64,000 nucleotides of DNA, from the IMG/VR virus record IMGVR_UViG_3300017991_000048, positions 1-64,000 of that record; one strand, 5' to 3'. Each line of letters opens with the position of its first letter. The first letter of the stretch is position 1. Positions 29,322 to 37,257 of this stretch are shown piece after piece. Both the position numbers and the translations under genes were made by a program. The notes beneath the pieces were generated by a model, which ran no database searches, was not told the DNA's origin, and was given only the letters and a program-made list of their open reading frames with translations.

Positions 29322-29836
29322 ACCGTTACGAACTTGAAGAACTCTTAGAAGATGAAGACCGCATAGGCTTGGCAGTTTCACCCTGTAATGATGAGCCGCG
29401 TCTGTGGACTCATCACACTGGCCTTGTCGTTGGTGATCCTTACAATCAAACCGTTCTTGCCTTCTTTTGTATTTACGGCCAAAGAGCGGTTCAGATGCAC
29501 AACTGGCTGCAATCGTTAGACGTGTTCTCCTCCGATTTAATCCCCGAATCGGTAAACTTTCAAGGTCGTGTGTATGGCGATAGAGAGTCAATAGAAGTTG
29601 CTTGCTACCGATGTTATAAAGTTACTCGGATAACACCCACCCGGCTGATCACCAGGAACATACCATGTGGCTGTGCCGCTGGCACTTTTGGCCCTATTCA
29701 CTTGGTCAGATTTATAGACCTACCCAGGCCAGGGATTGAAGATTATGTCCCTTACTTGCAGCAGCGAGAAGGCAGGACACCAGAAACGACACCGGAACCT
29801 GAACTCGACTATTATGAATGTGTGAAAGACGATTAG
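29318..29836 (+). CDS. Hypothetical protein
   Basis: 172 aa, CYRC...CGC; tail LDYYECVKDD may be a degenerate tag. Confidence 0.7.
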   Translation: MNRYELEELLEDEDRIGLAVSPCNDEPRLWTHHTGLVVGDPYNQTVLAFFCIYGQRAVQMHNWLQSLDVFSSDLIPESVNFQGRVYGDRESIEVACYRCYKVTRITPTRLITRNIPCGCAAGTFGPIHLVRFIDLPRPGIEDYVPYLQQREGRTPETTPEPELDYYECVKDD

Positions 29837-29839
29837 GCT

Positions 29840-30307
29840 TTACCACTTGGTTCGGTTTTCATCCCGACCGGTAGAGCCTTCGGGGTAATGTATTGTGCCC
29901 TTCCATCCGGGCCAGAAGGGTTTCCAGGAATCGAGCCCTCTCCAAAGATACGTCTTTTCGCCCCAATCTCCGTAAGAAGCGCTACTCTCCATGTCGTAGG
30001 CTTTTGATCCCTTAATATAGCCCGAAGGGGTTTTAAGACCCATATACTCAAAAATGTCATCTGAGGCTAAATCGGCAAGAAGAGCATCTCTTGAAATAGG
30101 ACCGGGGTAGTTCTGTTCCAGTTTCTCTGGCTTGTTATAAAACGTACCATAAATAATACGAGCGGGTTTGGCGGTCGCCTGAAGTCCTTTGACTATCTTC
30201 CTGGGATCTCTGGCTCCATCCAGGGCTCTTTCCTCTTTCAAGAGTTTCTCAAATGTTTTTCGTAGCCGTCCAATGGTCTTGTCCCGGTTAGTTACGTAAC
30301 GCTCCAT
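29840..30307 (-). CDS. Hypothetical protein
   Basis: 155-aa ORF, converges on 29836. Confidence 0.65.
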   Translation of the reverse strand: MERYVTNRDKTIGRLRKTFEKLLKEERALDGARDPRKIVKGLQATAKPARIIYGTFYNKPEKLEQNYPGPISRDALLADLASDDIFEYMGLKTPSGYIKGSKAYDMESSASYGDWGEKTYLWRGLDSWKPFWPGWKGTIHYPEGSTGRDENRTKW

Positions 30308-30712
30308 CCGTTGCTGCCGAACGGCCTCTGCTCTTTGCTTCTTTTTGACTTCCTCTTCTTCGATGGTCTGGACCTGGGCTGGCTCCCAGTTGCGAACCTT
30401 TTTCTCATAACGAGCCAGGAATCTTTCGGACTCTTTAAGTCTCCATTTAAGATCACGCTCAGCATCCTTGTAAACTCTGTCCCACTCGGCATCGCCCCGC
30501 TAGCCGTAGCCCGGACGCTTATAGCCATGGTGGGCCAATCTGCCGCGAGGACACTTGACTTTCTGCTCACAGAACCCGCAAGTCCCAATGTGCCGGGTCT
30601 TTGTAGCCATGCCCTCAAGATACCGGGCAACTATATTATGGGCGGGAGTCATCTACAAAGCCGGTCTTACCAAAAGAGTATGATTTCCAGCCAAATCGGT
30701 GTAATATTAAGA

Positions 30713-30859
30713 ATGCGAGCATTCCTCCAAAACCTATACAAGAGGTACCAGCGATGGAAATGCCGCAGGGACTTCTCAAAGCTCCGTAAGAATGAACAAA
30801 AACTGTTTACATGGTTGGGGTACGACCCGGAAACTCTGATCCGAAGGGGAAAGCTGTAA
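30713..30859 (+). CDS. Small basic protein
   Basis: ATG just after CGGTGTAATA box; 3' part of ORF 30311..30859. Confidence 0.5.
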   Translation: MRAFLQNLYKRYQRWKCRRDFSKLRKNEQKLFTWLGYDPETLIRRGKL

Positions 30860-30864
30860 ACGAT

Positions 30865-31149
30865 ATGGACAGGATACCTGAAACCATAATGTTTGGGGGT
30901 AAAGAACGGAAGGTCGAGCCGGGTTGGAGCAACTGGTATAAAATCCGCATTGGAAAGCTAGGAACGCTGGATATCCATGATTGCGGCAAATCCGGGTTTC
31001 AAGCCTTTTGCAATACAATTATCCCAAGGTGCAACGCCCAAGGATTCACGTTCCACGAGGCCGTCAGCAGCCTGGAAATAGCGATGAATGACTACCTTGA
31101 GGCTCTAGGTGTGGAACTCGGCTACGTGAGTTTTGATAAAAGCCGTTGA
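30865..31149 (+). CDS. P.T.MFGG.ERKV family protein (HicB-like C-half)
   Basis: Paralogous to 52169..52711 and 54776..55042; FTFHEAVSSLE. Confidence 0.7.
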   Translation: MDRIPETIMFGGKERKVEPGWSNWYKIRIGKLGTLDIHDCGKSGFQAFCNTIIPRCNAQGFTFHEAVSSLEIAMNDYLEALGVELGYVSFDKSR

Positions 31150-31320
31150 TCCGGAACTTTATTATATCAAATGCTGACGGGAACAATTTTGCTTGTTAGC
31201 GAAATCATTTACTTTTTTGTCCAGAAATTTTTATTTTCGTGTAAATTGTTGAGATCGGTCCTGTTTTCGGTGTAGTAGATACTGTCAACCTTTTGGCGTA
31301 GGGCCAGAAAGAAAATGTAA

Positions 31321-32013
31321 ATGTTAACTAAGGCTAGAAAATATCAAGCAACCCTGAGAGGCGTGACTCCAATACTTATGAACAATGACAATCTCGCCTG
31401 GAAGGAAAGGGTAAAAGCGTGGCAGATCGACCCGGCCAACAAATCCAAGAGCGTAAAAGGTGACGACCGTTCCCCCGCCTGGACTTGGATTGGCTGTTTG
31501 TACAAGGCCAATGACTTGATCGTCGTTGAGTCTGACGCGATCATGGCAATGCTCCGAGACGCTGGACAGAAATGTCCAACCGGAAAAGGTAGGGCATCTT
31601 ACAAGGCCATAACCCAAAGCGGCATCCTTGTGGACCAAATCGGCTGGCCGGTGGAGACCTCCAAGGGGTTCATAAAGTGGTCATCTTTTGACGCCCTCCA
31701 TGATGACGAGGACTTTACAGTTCACGAAAAGGTGGCGAACCAGCACGGGATTGACCTTTTTGTCAAAAGGGTAACAATTGGCAACAGTAAGTGGGTCAGA
31801 GTCAGACCACGATTCGATCAGTGGAAGATTGAGGGAACCATTACTGTAGTGGACGATACCCTTACAACGGACGTCCTTCAGACTATCTTTAATGTCGGAG
31901 GGCACCGCTGCGGTCTGTGTGACTGGAGACCGGGAAGTCCCAAGAAGCCCGGTAGTTTCGGCATGTTTGAAACCACACTCAAAGAGATTAAAATGGAAGG
32001 AGTTGCGGCATGA
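31321..32013 (+). CDS. Stand-alone RAMP-superfamily (Cas7/Cas5-like fold) protein
   Basis: N-terminal LRGVTPILMN strand, IVVESDAIMAMLRDAG helix, RVRPRFDQW, C-terminal Gly-rich loop GGHRCGLCDWRPG....GSFGMFE; no other cas genes. Confidence 0.7.
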   Translation: MLTKARKYQATLRGVTPILMNNDNLAWKERVKAWQIDPANKSKSVKGDDRSPAWTWIGCLYKANDLIVVESDAIMAMLRDAGQKCPTGKGRASYKAITQSGILVDQIGWPVETSKGFIKWSSFDALHDDEDFTVHEKVANQHGIDLFVKRVTIGNSKWVRVRPRFDQWKIEGTITVVDDTLTTDVLQTIFNVGGHRCGLCDWRPGSPKKPGSFGMFETTLKEIKMEGVAA

Positions 32014-32462
32014 GTGGCAAGACAAACGTATTTTTCGGCGGGGTGCCAACGGCTCCCGACGTAAAGAAACTCATGGATCATTTCGGAGTGCCTGAGGAAA
32101 ACGTGTTACTGAACTGGACCGAAATCGAAGAGGTGATAGGAGAGGAGAAAGGCTCCAGCCGTTTCACTTCCGTTACCGGGGCATGGAGGAAAAAGCTTCG
32201 TAAGGACCATAATATCGAAATGATCCCCGAAATCGGCAAGGGTCTGAAAGCCGCTAATCCGCATGAGCGTGTTGATCTGGCAGGAGGTCTTATCCACAAA
32301 GCCACCAATAGCATCAAACGCTCCATCTCTGTAGCCGACAAGACAGACGTAACCCGATTGGACGAAGAGCATAAGAAACGACACACTTTTCTTAGTGTGT
32401 TAGGCGGAAAGATGCGTATGCTTTTCATCAACGAGCAGAAGAAGCTGCCTACCGGCGAATAG
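32010..32462 (+). CDS. RAMP-associated accessory protein, possibly winged-helix
   Basis: ATGA overlap with RAMP gene; 150 aa, basic; directly precedes pentamer array. Confidence 0.75.
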   Translation: MSGKTNVFFGGVPTAPDVKKLMDHFGVPEENVLLNWTEIEEVIGEEKGSSRFTSVTGAWRKKLRKDHNIEMIPEIGKGLKAANPHERVDLAGGLIHKATNSIKRSISVADKTDVTRLDEEHKKRHTFLSVLGGKMRMLFINEQKKLPTGE

Positions 32463-32471
32463 CCGGTAAAC

Positions 32472-32900
32472 TGAGGATTCTGTTGCGGCAGGGTGTGCTT
32501 CGATTCGGCAGGGTTAGCCAGGGCTTGGTCAGGTCCGCTACGGTATGGTTGGGTGAGGATTATGGTTCGGCAAGGTTCGCCAGGGTACGGTAGGCTGCGG
32601 TCTACTACGGTTCGGTTGGTACGCTTTGGTTCGGTCGGGTCTGGTGAGGATTATGGCCCGGTGAGTTGGGCAGCGAGGTTAGGGACGTGGTTTGTTGAGA
32701 CTCGGTTGGCTTTGGCCCTGTTTGGTACGCTGCGGCAAGGTGAGGACCCTGGTTTGGTGAAGGTATGGCACGTTTCGTTTCGCTATGGTTGGGCCGGGTG
32801 AGGTATGGTACGGTCGGGTTGCCTTTGGTTTGGTGTGGCGAGGATTGCGTTTTGGCGAGCTATGGTATGGCAAGGTTTGGCGAGGATTAGGGTATGGCTA
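32472..32900 (+). ncRNA. G-G-Y-N-N pentamer array, candidate guide-RNA locus (five units)
   Basis: About 75 tandem pentamers with mostly GGT/GGC (else GNY) at positions 1-3 and variable positions 4-5; 7-nt GGA(T/C)nnn spacers after (G)YGA at 32475, 32557, 32648, 32744, 32842, 32884. Confidence 0.75.
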
Positions 32901-33091
32901 TGACCAACGCAGAGATTTATTGCTTTACCTGGAAATATATCGGAGGTGTCTACCACGCAAAAAATGAGGACGGTAATCCTCTGTGTGGTGCTTACCCAAC
33001 CAATCTCAGATCCTCCGATGTCAAACCCAGAGGCTACCGGCCCTGTAAACGGTGTTTCCGGGACTTGTGGGATCACTTGATTAAGGAATAA
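32900..33091 (+). CDS. Zn-finger protein with LWDHL tag
   Basis: YH......LCG...CKRC, paralog of 28355; ends DLWDHLIKE. Confidence 0.8.
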   Translation: MTNAEIYCFTWKYIGGVYHAKNEDGNPLCGAYPTNLRSSDVKPRGYRPCKRCFRDLWDHLIKE

Positions 33092-33290
33092 AACGATGGA
33101 TGGCGATGGTAATATTCCCGACAGCATTATCGAGTCTACGGTCCGCAAGTGGCTGAAGGGCAACTACCGTGATGTTTACCCAACCCCCACAATGATATAC
33201 AACGCTCTCTTGCGTATTAAAACTGGCTCTCAAAGAAACCGCCAGTCTGAAGTGGGAAGAGATAAAAGACGAAGCCCTGGTAAAGTAACT

Positions 33291-33653
33291 CTACTCAGAC
33301 TGTGCAGCGACCCCGCCCCAATAGTAAGCGAACTCCCAAAGAGCGCTGGATATATTACGGGTATGAGCGAGAGGCATACGAGAGGTAGCGCTCATGGCTC
33401 TTTTGAGTGAGACTAATAACTCCGTGTGCATATCTTTAAGCGCACGAGCGGCTTCAGGATCGGCAGCTTTGAACCCGGCCTCATAAGATTCCATCATGGC
33501 TCTTATGATGGGCATGTCGGCTGTGGCGACCTTGTTAGCCAACTCTCTCAAGTCAGAAGCGAGCTTTTCGCGGCTTGGCTCCGGGCCTTGGGCATACTCA
33601 AGAAGGGTCTGTAGTTCTTGGGCTAATTCTTGGGGATTGGCTATCTTTTCCAT
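33291..33653 (-). CDS. Protein with MEKIANPQELA leader module
   Basis: Leader then VATA; RBS AGGGAG. Confidence 0.75.
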   Translation of the reverse strand: MEKIANPQELAQELQTLLEYAQGPEPSREKLASDLRELANKVATADMPIIRAMMESYEAGFKAADPEAARALKDMHTELLVSLKRAMSATSRMPLAHTRNISSALWEFAYYWGGVAAQSE

Positions 33654-33727
33654 ACTTAGGCTCCCTTATTAGAAGTTTGTCAGGCCGCAACAAAAAGGTT
33701 GATTTTAATACTCTTTTCCCAAAAACC

Positions 33728-33756
33728 TAGAGTTTTCTGGCCCTGATGTGTATTAG
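33728..33756 (+). promoter_or_regulatory. Phage promoter class I (variant)
   Basis: TAGAGT-N17-TATTAG. Confidence 0.55.
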
Positions 33757-33806
33757 AAATATGAGGAAAGGAAACTTCTTATTAGTTGCCTGGACTGAGG
33801 TGGAAA

Positions 33807-34333
33807 ATGGCTGACAAGTGAGGCCAAAACCAAACAGGCAGCGAACAGCACAGCCAGGGTGAAACTGGACCTGGACTGGGATATCACCATTGGACCGGAG
33901 CGACAGGGTTACAAGGCTGTAATCGGTGTTGGGCATGACGACATCAAATTCGATAAATTAGTGCCCGAAGCAGGCGGTGGTTTGAAAGCCAAAGGCTACA
34001 ACTCCCATCTATACCGCGTACCGATAATCCCTCCAACAGTACAAGAAATGGTCGTGCGTTTGATAAACAAGGGGGGGGGGAACCACAGCCAAGGTGAAGG
34101 TGGGCTATAAGATCACTGTCGGCCCACAGTCAGGCAAGAAGCGGCATTTCCCGGCTGAAGTTGAGGTTGAGGCTGTACGTACCCCTCTCAAATTCATAAT
34201 GGTGCTCGATATGAGACGCCGTGACTTCCGGGTTTCAGCCGATGGCCCGGACTTTGATCTTTACTACGCCATGCCGCCAGCGGTCTTCAGAACGATTGAG
34301 CGTCTGGTTATTGAACAAGCTGGCTTGAGGTAA
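33807..34333 (+). pseudogene. Two-domain internally duplicated protein broken by two apparent indels
   Basis: RBS GAGGTG + MADK(W)AKTKQAANSTARVKLDLDWDITIGP joins ORF 33859; a G9 instead of G10 at 34071-34080 fuses it to TTAKVKVGYKITVGP (ORF 34094). Confidence 0.55.
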
Positions 34334-34352
34334 TCAACAACTGAGGTGCAAA

Positions 34353-34688
34353 ATGGCTGACAAATGGAAAACAAAGAAAGCGACAGAGGACTACAATCCT
34401 TACGAACCTTACGCAGACAACCTCAAGCGTCTTTACGACCATTTACAAGACGCAAGAATTCACACCCTAAGCAGTAGCTCCCTTTTCAATAGTATTCGTA
34501 AGAGTATTGCCGAACACTTCCGAAGCCAGCGCTTTTGGGGTCCGTCCGAAACAAAGGCCCAGGAAATCCAGATGGACAAGGCTGCTCGTAAGGAAATACG
34601 GGAAGTCCAGAAGCTTGTTGATGAGGCTGATGCAATCATCGTCAAAATCCTGAACATGACGTGGCGTGAGAAAACGATTGATAGGTGA
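34353..34688 (+). CDS. Hypothetical protein with MADKWKTKKA N-terminus
   Basis: RBS GAGGTG; N-terminus matches 33807. Confidence 0.75.
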   Translation: MADKWKTKKATEDYNPYEPYADNLKRLYDHLQDARIHTLSSSSLFNSIRKSIAEHFRSQRFWGPSETKAQEIQMDKAARKEIREVQKLVDEADAIIVKILNMTWREKTIDR

Positions 34689-34696
34689 GGTGCGAA

Positions 34697-35023
34697 ATGA
34701 CGGATCATGAGATTTGGAAAAAAGGTGTCAAAGGCAGTGTGGCCGACACAATAAAGATTACAAAAACCTACGACATTGAGGTGAAACCGATCGAAGAGTG
34801 GCCCCCAGAACTACGAAAAACGGTCTATTGGGTGCGGATAGAGCTTACATCTACATCCCGGCACGGCCCTCACAACAAATACCAATACACGATCGATCAC
34901 ATTAAGCCTAATGGGAATCTTGATATTCGGGAAGGCGATGACCGAACTTGGCTGCTCCAACCCGTGGAGGTCAAGGAATCGGTCAAATCGGCCATTAAGA
35001 CTCTGAAGCGATGGGGGATGTAA
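34697..35023 (+). CDS. Hypothetical protein
   Basis: RBS GAGGTG before ATG; in operon. Confidence 0.7.
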   Translation: MTDHEIWKKGVKGSVADTIKITKTYDIEVKPIEEWPPELRKTVYWVRIELTSTSRHGPHNKYQYTIDHIKPNGNLDIREGDDRTWLLQPVEVKESVKSAIKTLKRWGM

Positions 35024-35025
35024 TG

Positions 35026-35344
35026 TCACCCTTTTCGCTCGTTGCCCTCTGTGGTCAAGGCTGACATAGCCATCCCCAAAGCCACAATGCGGTTCGGGTG
35101 CGTAACCTCAATATAAGCGTCCTCGCTGTGATGGAGCTTCACGCGCCAGAAAGGGATTTGATCAGGCTTGTGTTCCAGGGACCTCGATATAAGCATCCTC
35201 ACTGTGATGGAGCTTCACCCGCCAGAAAGGGATTTGATCAGGCTTGTGCTCCAGGGACAGAGTTATCTCTGTCGGACCCCATGCTTTCTCAGCCGCTTCG
35301 CGTACAGCGGTAATTTCGTCTCTACGAGTTACGGTGGTATCCAT
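35026..35344 (-). pseudogene. Small gene disrupted by a 76-bp tandem duplication
   Basis: MDTTVT...YIEV reading resumes as THPNRIVALG...ERKG* only if one copy is removed. Confidence 0.6.
35105..35256. repeat. 76-bp tandem duplication (2 copies, 5 differences)
   Basis: 35105-35180 vs 35181-35256. Confidence 0.9.
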
Positions 35345-35388
35345 TACCCAAGGCTTTACACCAAAACAAGATGAGAAACTTGATAAAA

Positions 35389-35637
35389 TCAAGTTTCCCG
35401 AATCACACTCCAGAGGGTCACATCGTCACCTCTCTCACACTCGATCAGAGCAACCACGTCCGGGTGATGCCCCAAATGGCGAAGAATCCGATTGCCGTAC
35501 TTCTTACACCTGTGGTGCTGGAAGGCCGCGCCCACTCTGTGCTGCCCCTCTTCTTTGGGGCTGAGGTGTTTACAGTCAGACTCACATAAGCTGTGTGGTT
35601 TGGCCAAACGGCTACAGAAATCGCAAGATACAGGCAT
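35389..35637 (-). CDS. Cys/His-rich protein with LWSVI tag variant
   Basis: Paralog of 61812..62099 (C..DC.HL.P.E..Q....H.C.KYG); ends TLWSVIRET. Confidence 0.7.
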   Translation of the reverse strand: MPVSCDFCSRLAKPHSLCESDCKHLSPKEEGQHRVGAAFQHHRCKKYGNRILRHLGHHPDVVALIECERGDDVTLWSVIRET

Positions 35638-35666
35638 AGTGTTTATTTTATAGTATACACCATTGT

Positions 35667-36188
35667 ATGAGCGGGATACGACAGCGAGTGGCCGAACGGT
35701 ATTTAACCGGTGGGGCCAAAAGGCCAGAAGACCTCAAAAGGGAGGGCTGGCGTATTGAGCTTCGTGATGAAGGTTATGCCATTCTTATTTTGTTGTTTTC
35801 AGAAAAAGGCGGTGAGCTAGGGGGTCTTAGAATGCGATACCGCAACGAATGCAAGAGTTGGGAGGTTATGAACAGCAAGGCTCCGTCTGGCTTTGGGCCA
35901 TTATTATATGACCTCGCCATGGAATGGGCCGGGGACAAAGGTATTATACCCGATCGAGATAATGTTAGCGCCGATGCCCGGAACATCTGGAAACACTATT
36001 ATGACAAACGGCGAGATGTTTGGAAGTTCGACCTTGGAAATGAGCCTATCAATTGTGAAATGCACGAGCGTTATGAAGGAGACCTCTGGGAAAAAAATAT
36101 GGAATGGTTAGATTTCCGCTTTGTTGCCAAATCCAAGAAGGTGCTCCCGAAGCTCAAAGCCTTGGGTTTGTTCAAATACAAGAGTTGA
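35667..36188 (+). CDS. GNAT-like protein with N-terminal RVAERYL motif
   Basis: GFGPLLYDLAMEW..IIPDR.NVSADARNIW. Confidence 0.65.
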   Translation: MSGIRQRVAERYLTGGAKRPEDLKREGWRIELRDEGYAILILLFSEKGGELGGLRMRYRNECKSWEVMNSKAPSGFGPLLYDLAMEWAGDKGIIPDRDNVSADARNIWKHYYDKRRDVWKFDLGNEPINCEMHERYEGDLWEKNMEWLDFRFVAKSKKVLPKLKALGLFKYKS

Positions 36189-36200
36189 TTAAATCAAGTT

Positions 36201-36884
36201 ATGAGACTAACCCCGCAAAAAATTGTGGCCCGTTATGCGGCATCCCGGCCCAAGCTCTTCCTTTATAAAAGCGCCGATCAAATCGCTGTCAATTTGGGAA
36301 CGGACACAGAAGTTGGCTACTTGTTGCTTGGCCCAGTATCGTCAGTAAAGTCCAAATGCGAGTCTTTGGTAGAAGAGATCCAAAGAGAAGTCTTCGGAAG
36401 TAAGCCTGTACCACTGTGGCACGTAACCGATGTTCAACTGGACCCTGAGTTTCGAGGAAAGGGGTGGGGCCTCAAGATGTACGAGAAAGCCTTACGTGCA
36501 GCCCGTCCCGCAATCATCGTGTCCGGTGACTGTATAGGATATGGAACAACCGTTGTTTCTGACCCGATAATGCCGGGATTCTGTTCTTTGCTGTGCTTCA
36601 CAGCATGGCGGCAGAGTCTCAAAAACACGCATAAAGAACTGTGTCCAGCGGAGTCTAAGATTACTGATGAGTATGGCAGAAAAGCCCGTACTCTAACTTG
36701 CCACCTGCCTAGAGGTCATAAAGGCAGACACGCGGTGGAAATGAGTTGGTACGAAAAAGAGAACGTGATGCGCTCTCACGACATTGTGATTACCTGGGCA
36801 GGCGATGACTTACAAGAGGTCGATAATACCGGAGAGCCTTTGCCAAAAGATAAAGACCTGTGGGACCACCTGAGTGAAGCTTGA
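36201..36884 (+). CDS. Chimeric GNAT-like / Cys-His protein with LWDHL tag
   Basis: KIVARY N-terminus, LDPEFRGKGWGLKMY GNAT loop, FCSLLC and C.LPRGH.G.H, ends DLWDHLSEA. Confidence 0.7.
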   Translation: MRLTPQKIVARYAASRPKLFLYKSADQIAVNLGTDTEVGYLLLGPVSSVKSKCESLVEEIQREVFGSKPVPLWHVTDVQLDPEFRGKGWGLKMYEKALRAARPAIIVSGDCIGYGTTVVSDPIMPGFCSLLCFTAWRQSLKNTHKELCPAESKITDEYGRKARTLTCHLPRGHKGRHAVEMSWYEKENVMRSHDIVITWAGDDLQEVDNTGEPLPKDKDLWDHLSEA

Positions 36885-36918
36885 TCTTATCAAGTAAAAC
36901 CGCTATTTCATCAAACTT

Positions 36919-37185
36919 ATGGAAACGGCTGAGATATTCGATGTGGTGGAGCGTAACGGTGATATTGTCCTGACCACCGAAAGCCTCAAGCCCGGAGATT
37001 TGGTGCTTCACTGGCCCAGTGGCGAGGTTTATGAGTTTTCTCATTTTTCTCAGAACTCAGCCAAACTTGATGTACGTAAAGACCTTCTGGTGTGCAAGCG
37101 TCCCTACCAAGCCTTTCCGATAAGGGAGATGAGACGGGTTATTTCCTACAAGACCCTCTGGGACCACCTGAGCGAGAGAACTTGA
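36919..37185 (+). CDS. Small protein with LWDHL tag
   Basis: LKPGDLV SH3-like start; ends TLWDHLSERT. Confidence 0.75.
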   Translation: METAEIFDVVERNGDIVLTTESLKPGDLVLHWPSGEVYEFSHFSQNSAKLDVRKDLLVCKRPYQAFPIREMRRVISYKTLWDHLSERT

Positions 37186-37257
37186 TTTTATCAAGTTTTT
37201 AGTGCAATCTTATCAACTTTTTGATAAAACGGTGTACTATTCACCCAGGAGGTTTTT

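Noticed and set aside
30292-30712. ORFs 30292..30630(-) and the 5' part of 30311..30859
   Set aside because: They overlap each other, have unnatural composition and no RBS. Only the 3' part after the GGTGTAA box is accepted.
32472-32900. Canonical CRISPR array or simple satellite; ORFs 32493, 32679, 32783, 32785
   Set aside because: No 23-47-nt identical repeats with spacers. The variable dinucleotides exclude a simple satellite. The ORFs are low-complexity by-products of the periodicity without RBSs.
35105-35256. Mini-CRISPR or terminal repeat
   Set aside because: Only two directly abutting copies inside a coding frame, with no spacer.
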